A stretch of DNA of 64,000 nt from Pocillopora damicornis (taxonomy: Eukaryota): NCBI RefSeq assembly GCF_003704095.1, contig NW_020844822.1, forward strand, positions 124,001 through 188,000, given 5' to 3'. Under the pieces are notes generated by a model. That model did no database searches. It worked only from the letters and a program-made list of their open reading frames with translations, and was not told where the DNA came from. How positions within the stretch are numbered: the stretch's first letter is position 1; every line of letters begins with the position of its first letter. Positions 36,638 to 50,160 of the stretch are shown here, in pieces. Position numbers and translations under genes: made by a program.

Positions 36638-38235
36638 TCACTGAAGAGCAATAGTCTGCTTCTCAACCAACTTTCGAAACAAACCATCTGGCTCAGCCAT
36701 CAATTCCATATAGGATCCAGCCTCAGAGATTTGTCCATCACTCAACACAACAATATTGTCAGCATTCTTGATGGTTGACAGTCGATGTGCTATAGTTATG
36801 ACTGTACGACCCTTCATTAACCTCTCCAAAGCCTCTTGAACCAAGTGTTCACTCTCTGCATCCAGGGCACTAAGATGAAAGAAAAAACTGTGGTTTGAGC
36901 TGTGGTGTGACACATAATTTCATGAAAGTACAGTCTACTAGCCTTCTGAAAGCAATCTCAGTGTCAATTGCTATGATAGTAGAGACAGGGCAATGGAAGG
37001 CACAAAGGAAGAAAAACAAAGTTGCAAGGCACATGAAGAGCTAGTTGAAGGAATCAAATTTGTCGTTCTCAAAAGAGAAGGGTTTGATGTTACTAAAAAA
37101 AACTATTAAGTTATGAAGTTGAAAGTTTCATGATAGGCTTGGATACTCTTACTGATTACTCAATAAAGTACATATACCTTGTGGCTTCATCAAGCAGCAG
37201 GATGGAAGGGTTCTAAAATAAACAAAGAAACAGATTGTTCACAGATATGAATATAAAAGACCACATCATGAACACAACAATTAAGTATTAAAACTTTTTT
37301 ATGATGGTCTTCATTACCTTCAAAATTGCTCTTGCAATAGCAATCCTCTGCCTTTGACCTCCTAAAACAAAAATATAAGTGAGAGGCATAAATAATCATA
37401 TAGTTTGTGGCAAGTGGTTGATTCTGAGTTTCTGAATTCAATGTAATAATTGCTGCAATGCATTTACTTTTATTAGGTGGTGGTAATACTATTAATAGCA
37501 TATAGTTCATAACTGCTTTAAATGATTACCAATTACACCCTAAGTCTTACTAAGTCTGATCTGGTTCTACTTGACCAAGTTTACTCCCCATCAGTTTAGG
37601 GCCCAAGCACAAACATTAAGGAAAATTGGTAAGAAATATAAAAGGTGAGATTTGGCAAAAAATACAGCATTTAACTATATTTTGGCAATCTGTACTCTGA
37701 TAAGAGCTTCCCTCAAGGCTGGTTATTGGACCAATCACAGTGCTTGCAGTTATCGATAGTTGTAATAAAATTATTCATTCTGGGACTAAAAGTGTGAAAA
37801 ATTATTTATGATGCTGACCCGAAAGCATTTGTCCCCTTTCTCCAACAACAGTGTCAAATCCATTAGGAAAGCTCTTGATGAATCCATAAGCATTGGCTTG
37901 CACAGCAGCATCCAAGATGTCATCATTAGTCACTTGCTGACCTGTATTAGCTCCATATGCAATGTTATCCGCAATTGAACATGAGAACAGAATAGGTTCC
38001 TTGAGAGAAATCAATCAAATTTAAAATTACAGTCTCACTTGGAGGTTTACACATAAATGATTCTTAAAAAGTTCTTAGTGGCTGGAAAAAAAAGGGAATT
38101 AACAAACACTTAGAAAAGTACTCTGAGTGGCCTATAAACCGAACATTTTACCAAAAATTTGAATATCTAAATAAGTTATCTTATGGTTGTTTAGTGTCAT
38201 CAACTAAATTACCCTGTTATACTCTCTCACCGACA

Positions 38236-38270
<35 letters not shown>

Positions 38271-41200
38271 ATATCATGGTTGGATGTAAGATTACAAAGC
38301 GATAATACTGGCAGTACAAAAAGATGGATGATCAGGAAGAGGATGGTATGTTTCATATCAAACTCAAACTTATTATACAACACCTGATGAACTGTTCCAA
38401 CTGCACCTCTTAGCCAATCAGGTGACAGGGTTCGCACATCATGTCCTCCAACTATAACCTGCCCCTTTCCAGGGTCATAAAGACGAAGTAGTAACGATCC
38501 TAGGGTACTCTTTCCAGATCCACTTGGTCCAACGACGGCTGTGATAGACCCAGCAGGCACCTCTAGATTAAGTCCTCTGAATATTTCCAGGTCAGGGCGT
38601 GATGGATAAGTAAAATGAACATCCTTAAATGTAATTCCATCATTTAGGTCATGCATGTCTGGNNNNNNNNNNNNNNNNNNNNNNNNNNNNNNNNNNNNNN
38701 NNNNNNNNNNNNNNNNNNNNNNNNNNNNNNNNNNNNNNNNNNNNNNNNNNNNNNNNNNNNNNAAGTAGCCACAAACAGCAGGTTAAAGTTTGGTTCTAAT
38801 TTAAGTTTTTAGTTTCAGAATTATTCACTTACCTCCAAACGAGATTCCCACAAATCCAGCATAGAGAAGAAAAGATGTAAGATCTCCAACAGAGATCTGA
38901 GCACTTGTCATCATCATTCCACCACTGTACAGCACAGAAAGCATGATGGCATTACCTGATAGTCCTGTCTGTAACACAACAAAACAGTGTCACATGAAGG
39001 TGAACAAAAGCAAATATTCACTTGTTGAACTGAATGAATTGCCACTTGTTAAAAAACACAACAACCAGAAAACTCACAAATCCAAAGAACACTGCTCTGG
39101 CAAGTGCCTCTTTCTTTGCTAGCTTGAAAACATCTTCAACACTGTCTGTGTATCTACATTTGGTAAAAATAGAAAATAAAAATAAGCACAAACATTACAA
39201 GGTGTCTAAATGTGGTACAAACATCAGTGACAAACTTGGCTATGCCTTGTATGCCCCTGTTTTGCTCATTACCTCTTTTTGACATTGTCTGTGATCTAAT
39301 ACAGAACAGATGCATGACAACATATAAGCTATTTGTTACTCATAACAATTGCATGGATATTTAGTATATACCTTCTCATCTAGAAGGAAACTCACCTCTC
39401 AATTTCCTTCATCTCCTGTCCAAATGCTCTCACTGTACGTATATTGCTAATTCTTTCTTCTGCAACCTAAAATTTTTTAGCAAAATTAAAACAACACTTC
39501 CAATAAACTTTACATGTTCAATTGTAACTAAATTCCAAGTGTTGGCCCTTTGCAATAAAACTATCAACTTTTCAGGCTTATTTCTTAATTTCTTCAGCAG
39601 ATACCAGCTACAACTTAATGGAGGTCAGTTTAACCCTTTCACTTCCAAGATCTCATCAGTAATTCTCCTTACTATCTGCCATACAATTAATATCATGTTA
39701 GTTTAGAGAATTTGGTACTGGATCAATTAAAATTCCCCTTATGACTATTTTTCTTTATTCTCATCACTTGTCTGCTTGATATTACATTTACACTGTAAGG
39801 AGAAATTCTCTCTTGGTCACTCATGGGAATTAAAGGGTTAATACACAATTCAATGCATTCATCAAATTGTACTCTGAAGTCCATCTTACTTGAGTAGATT
39901 CTGCTAAAGAATCTTGAGTTCTCTTTGTGATGTTACGCAGATAACGTCCATACATGATAACGGCAATAGCTACTGGTGGCACAATACCAAGGACAATGCT
40001 GGCTAACTTGGGAGACACATAAAACTAAAAAATGAAAAACAAATAATGTAGCAATAAAACATTGAGACATAACAAGGCCATCATCAACCCTTTACACCCA
40101 AACATCATTATGCATATTCTCCATAATGTTCTCTACACATTTCCTAGGTTCTAAAAAGGAGAATTTGTAAAACCATCAAGACCTTCTTAAGTTACTGATC
40201 ATTTCCTTTATTTTCTTGAATTAAACATTTGAGTCAAGGGATAGATTGAAAAGAGAAATCAGAATCTTGTCACTCTTAGAGATTAGAGGGTCACACAATT
40301 CCAAGTTCAAAATGATTGGTAAAGTTTCATGAAAATGACAGTTTAAGTTACTGTAATTTTTATTTCCATAGTTCCATTACAATTGGTCTGGCTCAAGTTC
40401 TACCAAAATGATTACTGAATATAGAGTGAGGACGTCAAATTTTTTAATTAGCAACAGTTAACCAACTAATCGAATACTAATTTCATGTTAGGTTTTCCAC
40501 TTCTTTACAAATAAACCAAAGAAAAAAATTTGCAGGGGCTGTAGAGCATGTGTCAGGTAAAGTAACCTTTACAATCAAACTCACCATCATTGACACGCCA
40601 GCAACTGACTGAGCCACAGCTCGCAAACCATCAGACACATTGTCTGTCACAGCCTTTCCTACGAGGATGGTATCTGCTGACAGGCGATTAATCAGTTCTC
40701 CAGTTCTTGTTCTGTCAAAAAAGGCTGTTTCTTGTCTCAATATGGCTCTAAAGAGTTTTTCACGCAGCCGCTTGATAACTTTCTGCCCTAGAAATAAAGT
40801 GCACAGAGCTTAAGCCTAAGCAGTGCTTAGGTGCTACTGAAGGTAAAGGCCATTAAAAACATGTTTATTGTTATAAATAAAGACAATCCTTTGTATTACA
40901 CAAAAGAAAAATGCACAAGTAAAGACTGAAAGACAAAAATATAGGAAAAAATTTAACATGAATAAAATGAAAGAACTTCATTTTATTCTGTTCTTTTCAA
41001 TAGAAACAAAAGGGTTATATTGACTGCCTTCACAAAAGGAAAACATCACAACTGTATTTAGAAAAAATATGGGAATGGTTTTAATTTAATAGGTAATTTT
41101 ACAGAAACTTTAGTGATACCTAAGGCTGTACAGCCTAAGGTGGACAGAAAATACATTTCTTTCCTCACCAGATACTTGAATTAAGTAAACTCTTCCAAAA

Positions 41201-43681
41201 TTGGCTGCCCCGCCCAAAACAAACACGCCGCAAAGGATTTTGCAGACATAGGATAATGTTTCAACCATTTGCCTTGTATCCTGGCTTGTACTGTAAATAA
41301 TGTCAATGATCTTCCCCATACAAAATGGAACGGACATAGTAACTGCTGAAGATATAAACAAAAGGCCTATGGCTCCTGTGGAAAGAAGTCAGAGTAATCT
41401 AACTATAAGTTACGGTTTGGATTGCCATAGTTTGAATGTTACGGAATCAATGTCATAGCTTAATAAGGATTGAATGACAGTTACCAATGGATCAAATACC
41501 TGACTGACTGATTAACTGCCTCTGTAACAGACCAATTAACTGACTGATTGATTTATTGCCATATGCCAGTACAGTCTGATCAAATTATCAACTTGAAATA
41601 TTGCCTTACATGTCAATAATAAAAGAAAAGATACTTCAATTCAATCTGATTTATTTGAGTTTTAAATACAAAATTCTTATGACTGGAGTGTTTCCCTTCA
41701 GATTATGGACTCCAAGGGAGCTCCATAACATGACTTTCCTGTCAACCTTGGACTAAAAAGTCTCTTTCCTCCTTTTGTGCCCATATACTGACAGTTGAAC
41801 GTGATGTTTGCCATTCCACCTCACCCACAAATCAGCTTATGCAGTTTTAGGTTTCTCCAAAAGGTGGGTTAATTAGCGGTTGCTATCTCCAATTTCCTCT
41901 GCTTAAAGGTTACTATAAGGTTTTGTTTGACCAAGTCTTTCAGATTTCACTATTACTTCGAATCAGCTTTTAACAGACACATTGCGTAATAAGCACATTG
42001 TTTTTCTAACCCGCCTTCCCTGTTTTCAGAAAATTATTGACTCTTCAACTTCCAAGGTGTGATTGTTAATTCTCCCTTTTAGCTGCTACACATTCCCTTG
42101 TACAACAAAGGTGCAANNNNNNNNNNNNNNNNNNNNNNNNNNNNNNNNNNNNNNNNNNNNNNNNNNNNNNNNNNNNNNNNNNNNNNNNNNNNNNNNNNNN
42201 NNNNNNNNNNNNNNNNNNNNNNNNNNNNNNNNNNNNNNNNNNNNNNNNNNNNNNNNNNNNNNNNNNNNNNNNNNNNNNNNNNNNNNNNNNNNNNNNNNNN
42301 NNNNNNNNNNNNNNNNNNNNNNNNNNNNNNNNNNNNNNNNNNNNNNNNNNNNNNNNNNNNNNNNNNNNNNNNNNNNNNNNNNNNNNNNNNNNNNNNNNNN
42401 NNNNNNNNNNNNNNNNNNNNNNNNNNNNNNNNNNNNNNNNNNNNNNNNNNNNNNNNNNNNNNNNNNNNNNNNNNNNNNNNNNNNNNNNNNNNNNNNNNNN
42501 NNNNNNNNNNNNNNNNTTTCTTCATAAAGCGCTATGCAGCAAAAGAGCTGTTATTGTTAATATTTTCAATTGTTTATGTTTGAAATTTATTATTATACGA
42601 TTTATGTTTTTTGTAATACATGCTTTTTTAAATTATGTATATTGCACAAGTAATTCAGCTATTACCTGCTAGTTGTGATTTTAATAATAATACTAATAAT
42701 AATAATAGGAAAAAGTAAATTAGTTTATGAGAATTTAGTGTTAGATCAAGATCGCAATTTCTACCTGATAAGTTTGAACATTTACATTACCTATTTGCTG
42801 GTAAATTTCTGGACATTATAAAGAGAAGTTTCTTGTTAATCACTTCTGGGAGTTAAAAGGTTCTGGCAGGAGGGGGAGAGACAGAGTGATTTAATACACT
42901 CTTTAAGTGCTATCTCCTCTCTGACATTCTTCAGATAAAAACACACCTCTCTCAACTAAACTCATTCTACGCTGTTTTTTTTGTTAAGTAGGATCTCACA
43001 AAAATGTTAATTTAGTGCGAGGTGTTGGCAGCTCTATGGTCATGAATCAAAACATTATTTTGCTGTGAGAAGTCCTACAAAAGATTGATCTTGGTACTTG
43101 AGGTTTTAGCAACCTGAGTAAAAGTTAACTTATAATTTAATTTCTCTTTGATTCAGGATTGTCTTCAACTAAATGATCACTCTAGATGTGAACCATTTAA
43201 CTCAGACTTGTTGAATGTAATTCTTAAAATCCATCCTGAGAAAACATTGAGGATAATTAATTTTTCCACCAATCAAGTCACGCATTTCAAACTCTCCATG
43301 GGAAAAAAACAGTACAAATTTACATGTACCTGCAAGGCTCTTGTATTCTGGTTTGGCCAACGACAGAATCCGGAGGAGATCATCACTCTTCAGTTGCTTT
43401 TTCTTCTCACTTTCTTTCTCAACAACCTTCGCTTTATCGCCTTGATCTTCGCTAGAAAAAGTTCGCACAGATCCTGCCAACATTCTGCATGGGAATATTT
43501 TAAGTGTTTCTCGGCTTTTCAAACTTCTGAAAGTTCGATTTTCGAATTTAAAATTCCCACCATTTGTCCTGTAAAAACACTTCCTGCATACATTCAATCG
43601 TAAGCGAATACACTGGAAGGAAGGAAGAATTCTTGAACGTTTAAGAATGAGAGGAGCAAATGCACTGGAAGCAGACATCAT
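36638..43681 (-). CDS. ABCB10: Mitochondrial ABC half-transporter ABCB10. Exons approx. 43681-43330, 41375-41169, 40787-40585, 40024-39890, 39466-39396, 39153-39078, 38968-38833, (gap)-38384, 37999-37819, 37361-37318, 37212-37178, 36869-36638
   Basis: Basic mitochondrial presequence; [18 protein letters not shown]; [12 protein letters not shown]; [23 protein letters not shown]; Walker A GPSGSGKS; signature [14 protein letters not shown]; Walker [13 protein letters not shown]; IAHRLSTI. Part of the CDS falls in the gap at 38663-38762. Confidence 0.95.
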
Positions 43682-46600
43682 GCGTTACCGGTACCTGTAG
43701 GCGTCACAGAGTGGAGGATCAAATCGAGGGGAAGCTTTACAACTTGTGATGACAGCGATTTCAAACGAACGTCTGTCCATTACCGCATATTGAAGCTTGA
43801 TATTTTAGAAAGGTTCCTTCGCGGGCCTTTCCTTGAAAATCGCTCTGAAGGTTTGATGCAATTCCGAAGCGATTATACAACACCTGAAAACTTTTAGCTA
43901 ACTCACGCGAGGGAAATACCGCTGGTCAGCAAGTTCGTCAAGTCAATAGACGATGGTGAGGGAGACTTACGTAATCAAAGATGGTTGCAATGTTGTCAGA
44001 GGGACCAATCATTAATATTACGATCCAACTTTTTCGTCATAAAGCCTAAGTGAAGGATTTCTCGTCTTTACAGTGAAATACTCCCCTGTATTAATCCCTG
44101 CTTACTCATAACAGCCTCAGTTCTCGCAAAAGCCAACGTTCAAGCTGTCCAAAGCGTTCTAAACGGATTCCAGATTTTTTTGTGTCTTTGGGCTATGGTT
44201 TTATTTTTTTTAGTTATTTTCAAGTGTTTTAGCATAATGGCAACCCGAAATGAATTTGCGAGAGCGTTGATTATAGAGCCAGATTTGTCCATAACAGATA
44301 TATGTTGAACTAATATGAGCAAAACGCGCTTTCTAAGTCTCCAAGCATGTCAAGTTTACCATCAAATGCACCCCGAATATCAGTCCACCAAACAAGAATC
44401 TACGCAAAACAAAAGAAGATCAAAAGAGTTGAGTGAGTAGCCAGTGATCTATATTGACACTGGCTGAAAGGTTAAGTTTCGGCAATTACATACACCTGTA
44501 TTAAACCTGAACCTAACGGAATGACGTATATATGTAGAGATCAAGCCGACACTGACTAAAGTTCATAGGTGTCAGCCTTAAGAATACAGGTCTTACTGTA
44601 CAATATCAGAGAGGTTGTACATGACGTGAACGGCAAACAACAATATTAAACAATACCAAACTTCTAGCTGACTACTTTTAGCTGTTGATTGTGCATAAAA
44701 TTGAGTGAAAAGTCAGTTTAATTTTTTTTCGTATGCCGTAATCGTGTACGTCATGCTCGAACTCGCTGTTACTAGCAATGTGATAGATCTAATGATCAGG
44801 AATTTATCCAGTGAACGAGAATGCAAGAGGTACTTTCGAGAGATCCTTGATCACTCATCGAAACGGAACCAAGAGTTTCCTTAGATCAAAGGGAAACCGC
44901 GAGGAAAATGCGGAAATGTTTCATTGCGTGTAAAATTACTGCCCTGATATACAGTTATAACCGGCCCAAAAATCAAAACAAACCCCTCAGAAATGTCATT
45001 TGTGATTCTAGTAGTAATATATAGATTGCAAATCGTGCTATTATGAAAAAAATGCTTTGTCACGAGAGCTGCGATGCGCATTAGGCGTTTGGATCATTCC
45101 AGACTCTGCTGAAACAGGACAAGCAAACAGATACCATCAAATATAATCACTGTGAATCACCGTGATCTATGAAGGTTCGTCACACTAACCCACTGGGTCA
45201 GGGGATTTTTGCATGAATTGTTGAAGTAAGGGCTAAGCTTATAAGTATTACCCCCTTAACTCCTAAGATCTGATTGTTCGTTCTTCACCCTAGCTGCTAC
45301 ATATTTCCTTGTAAATTAGATCAAGACAGCAAGTCCTACCTGATAAGTTTGATTCTTCTCGTTACCTGTTTGCTGGATGATGGATGGAAATTATAAGGAG
45401 AAGTAATAGGCTAATCTCTTTTGGGATTTTAAGGGTTAAAATTAAATAATTTCGTAGGTGCGAGCGCAATAGTAAAATTGACATTTAATTTGATATAACA
45501 ATTAGTTGGATTAAAATGGACGAAAGTTTAGATGATTGATAGTTTCAGGTCTGGGTGAGAAAATTCACCTTTCTGATCATGCTACAGAAAATCGACAGCA
45601 AAAGAGAGGAGGCTTGCCTTAAGAGACATTGTTTTCTTCCAATCGTAATCATGATTCAAGATCAATGTAATGCTTTCGTAATGATATTTGCAAGTCGAAA
45701 TATCGACCCCAAAGCCCATTACCAACGTTGTTTAAACAACCTTTCCGTTCCGTTTTTTTCTTAACAGTTATTTATACCGGACGTAATTTCTATAACGCTA
45801 TTGTTAGTCTAGAAAATTTAAAAAGTGTGGCATAACATTTCAATCCCTTTAGCTATGCGTATAGTTCCACATTTTTAAATCAAGTGCTATATGATAAAAT
45901 TGTGAATTAATATCGGAGGCAATCGAACAATTCAGATGCCCATCACCAGACAATGTGCGCCTGAGTAAAAAAACCCTCGAGGTAAGAGTGACAAAACGTG
46001 AACAGTAGCATGAGAGAGCTGTGTTCCTATTTCAAAAAAAAGGCTTTGTCGTCGAAAATTTTTCTGAAGAAAGTTCTGTAACGGACAGGGGCCAATTGTT
46101 TTTTAACACTTAGGTAATCCATAACGGTAAAATGGGTTTATTTTAGGATGGGCACTGTCCAAATCGACGAGTTCACTAACATCGCGTATCCGTTTAGGTT
46201 ATATATAAACCAGTTCAGAACATCCGAAATAAACTGTACCACGCGTTTTTGAACTCACGCTGCTGTAGATCAGGTTTCATATGGGTTTCTTTGAGGTTTC
46301 ACTGAATTATATCCGGTACAAAGCAGTAAAACACGAACGACAAATAACGTTGTACTTTGTACTTCAAGTGAATGACTGTCTGATGTTTCAACCACGGATC
46401 TTCACCTCTACAGCGACAAAATGTATTTTACGAGCACTACAGACATTCTGTAAGTATAATTGAACCTCAAATTCTAAAAGAGCTTTGTCGTGTTATAGAA
46501 ATGTCTTAGAGATGTCTAAAAAAAGACTGATATAACAAAACGGAAAAACGATTAAGAAGCAAAAATTAACCAAGAAGGAATTAGGATAACTTTGGACTAA

Positions 46601-49464
46601 GAAAAATTGAAGTGGAAAGCAATTCACGAGAACTGGGAGAAATTAGGCTAACTGATTTTTTCATGATACACAATTCGTCGATAAATGAATAACTCCTTTG
46701 TCACTGTAAGCACACTCAAGGCTCCGTGGTTTAGACGTTTTTTGTCATCTCATACTTGCAATAAATGCTTGTATACATCGGGGTATACTTCAAGGTTTCT
46801 TTGTAACTGTTGTTACTGCTCATAACCAGCCAACAGAAGATCGTGAAATTCTTTAAAGAGATTACGGTAAAGCTGACCTGTTTACTGAAATGATCTATTT
46901 TGAAGAAAAAAAAATTAAAAAAAACAAAGCAAGACTGAAACAATTTGAGAAATCTCAGCCTTAACCCTTTTACTAATTACAGTTTTTTTCGTATTTTCGC
47001 TTCTATAATTAAATTCATTCTTGTAAAAAGACTTTAAGAATCGAATTACCATATAATTTTTCGGTAACTACACAGAACAGTGCGTGTGAATGCCTTCTGA
47101 CGTGGGCGTAACGACAATGATTTTACTTACTTTAATTGCGACGGTTCGTGATTCAAGTGTGCATGCAGGAATAGAGAAATATCAAATCTTTTTCTAGTAG
47201 CAACTTCAACCATTGGCATGACGCCAGATGGGCGGTATGGTTTTTTATATGTGGGTACGGAAAAGGGGCTACGACCGAGTTTACTAGTTAATCCATTTTA
47301 TAAATATGCTTATTTACTGGAAGGTTGCCGAGACTAAAGAAGTTTCCTTGTGAACTCGACCCTTTTTTCACCTAAATTCGTTATGGACGGCAAAATGAAA
47401 GAAAGCGAAGGGTTTTTTCTGTAGAATGTTTAAGGCACTTCTTACCTCTACATCCGTTCAGGAAATTGTTAGATTACGTGGGTAGGAGCAAAGTTATGAA
47501 GGAATCGGGCTTAAGTCATGCTAACTTCCAATGTCGCCCACAAAAATGACCGAAAAAGGACTGGTGCTTGCGGCCAGGTCAAAAAACATATCGTGCTAGA
47601 AATCTACGGGAGCAATATGCCTCAATTAGAACGTAATAAAAAATACTTGAAGTAGACGTAACTAAATGCTGAGTCAGAGTTGATGCCCTTTATAATCAAA
47701 ACCGTCTTTGTGAGCTTTAAATAAAATCAGTCTTGAAAAGATTTTAACCACGGAAGAGAACTGAAAAAACTGAGGAGAGCTTTCAGGTGTACTCGACTCG
47801 AAGGTAAAATATGCGTTATAATCGCAAACTCTATAGGGACGCTAAGAGGGTAGCGTTTGAGGAATACTGTGATTTATCTTTCAGAGTTTTCATAGAGGGC
47901 TTTATTTCATTGCAAGAAAGGCTAAGCGACATATTTTAGAACGAGATCAGCAAATGGCAAAGTTTGAACTTTTTCTCTGTCTTTCAGACGTTCACCGAGT
48001 AAAGTGAAAATGCTTGCATTTTATGCGAAATGAGGTAGTTTTGTATTCCTCTTTGACACCTGCTTAGGCAGCTTGGTTAAAAGTAAGGGAAAATACAGAA
48101 ATTTTGATATTTGGGTTTGCCATACAACGGTTATTTTCAAATATACTATTTGTTTATGTTCGTGCATTGGTTTTACATTATACAGTATTAATTCATAACG
48201 CAACACTTTGAACTTTGATAAGGGAGGCGAAATTTAGAAAATACTCAGTTCCTTTTTTAAATTCCCAAAGCAACTTCTAGCATCGTTATCAGGGAACAAC
48301 AAGCTTTATTTTCGTACACTCTACTAAAGTAGAGTTGACATCATCCAAGGATGAAGGTTCCAGCTATTCAACAAACTTCCTGAGTCTGAGGTCAGAGTCC
48401 TCATTAAAATGATCTGGCTTTCGAATTTATCTCGGTGCTCGAAGTTACCTCGTTTCTGTAAAGAGCTAGTTATCAATGGCTCTCGTTTTATAATCATTGA
48501 TAACATTGCTAAACCTTTATATGAATAATTCACTGGAAAAATTCTTAGAATGGCGAAAGCCGCCACTTGGACATAACTCAAAAGAATCTCTTTATTAGTT
48601 GCCTGTTCAGTTGAGTTAATCACGGCAAGTACTAATAATTAGGTTTGGGCAGGATATACTAAGATTTTAAGCTCCATTATCCTCCAAGAATTACGGTTGA
48701 ATATTTTGAAAAGTTGTGTTTAGTCATCGCGGTGAATTCACTTGATGATAGGGTTAATAATTTTTTGTCTGACAATGCAATCTCTCTCGATGCGGATTGA
48801 AATGCTGCGACTGTATTTTACTGGTCTTCTTCTCTCGCGAGAAAGATCAGACTTGCAGTCTGTCTCTTTCGATGAGTGCTTCTCATCGAAAGAGGCAGAC
48901 GACAATATTTCATTAGTTTAACTTCTAGTGACCTTTAGAGCTGAACCCTACATCGCAATTTATGATTTGCTCAGCGTGCTTAGCGATGTCTGAGTGTCGA
49001 GGTATTTGGCAAATTTTGTTAACGATTTTAGGAAATCTGCATCTCCAAGCTTGGCTTAAGAAGCGTCAATGGAAGTGTTATTTTCTGTTACTAGGTTTAA
49101 TTCCGAAATTTCAAGGTTTAATTTAATCTCCTGCTCAATTACGAAATCATCATTTTTTTCTTTATCAATCCAACTGATATATCACTGTGAACTGTGAAAA
49201 TTCTCAAATCTTGAACCCAAGCATTGGAGAAAGTGTTCGGGGATCTCAAAAATAATTACCCTTTGTGATGAAAATTATCATAAATCAGAGGCCAAGTGCT
49301 TAATTGTAACAAAGCTGTTTAGACTCAGACCTCTAGATCAGCCCAAGATCATCATGAAAAATTATAAATCTTGTCACTTTTGTTAAACGCTGAAGTTTTC
49401 ATCGGAACGTGCAAGGGTCACGGAGAAATCTTCATTTACAATCTAAACTTTAATACAAGCAATT

Positions 49465-49624
49465 TTGCATGCAGTAGTGATACAGAGAAACAGCAATGGC
49501 ATTGGTATCAACCCTTCGTCTATAGACGAAGGATGGATACAGTGCCATTGCTGTTTCGTTCGTCTATAGACGAAGGATTGATACCAATGCCATTGCTGTT
49601 TCTCTGTATCACTACTGCATGCAA
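49465..49624. repeat. Near-perfect 160-bp nested palindrome
   Basis: ~65-bp arms with 1 mismatch; each arm ends in the self-complementary core TTCGTCTATAGACGAA. Confidence 0.95.
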
Positions 49625-49936
49625 GATAGCTATGCCTCATGGCTTATTTAACAACGAAACGTTGGAGATCAATTCGCCAATGGCAATCGAAAAAATCACC
49701 ATCTTAGATAGAAAGATGAAGGAATCCTAGAAAAGATTGCGCCTTGAAATAAGAGTCATTTTTGATTAGAGGCCAGTTAAACAAACAAAGCGTGGAGGAC
49801 TCTTAATAAGCTATCGGTTGAGATCAAAAATATTAATCCATGTTTACTTTGTAATGTTGAGTAATGTTATAGCTTTAGTAAGAATCTTAGGGTGACAGGT
49901 AGACGTGCATTTGCAATTTAATCCGAGGTAAACACA

Positions 49937-50160
49937 GTAGTGCGTGCAATGGTGTATGCATGAGTAGACGCAATGGTACATGCACTAATACACGCAGTAG
50001 TTCATGAAGTAGTGTAGGCAAAAGATATAGGTAGTGCAAATAACAGAAAATACAAAAGTGTATTCAGTGGTAGATGCAGCAATGCAAACCATAGAACGTG
50101 CAATAGTGTGCGCAATAGACTATGAAATAGCGTGCGCAGTAGCACGTGCAACATTGCACA
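49937..50160. repeat. Degenerate 12-bp-period minisatellite
   Basis: Units gtagtgcgtgca / atggtgtatgca / tgagtagacgca / atggtacatgca / ctaatacacgca ... atagaacgtgca / atagtgtgcgca / atagcgtgcgca / gtagcacgtgca. Confidence 0.7.

Noticed and set aside
49371-49730. Near-identical ORFs on both strands
   Set aside because: A consequence of the palindrome; no coding evidence.
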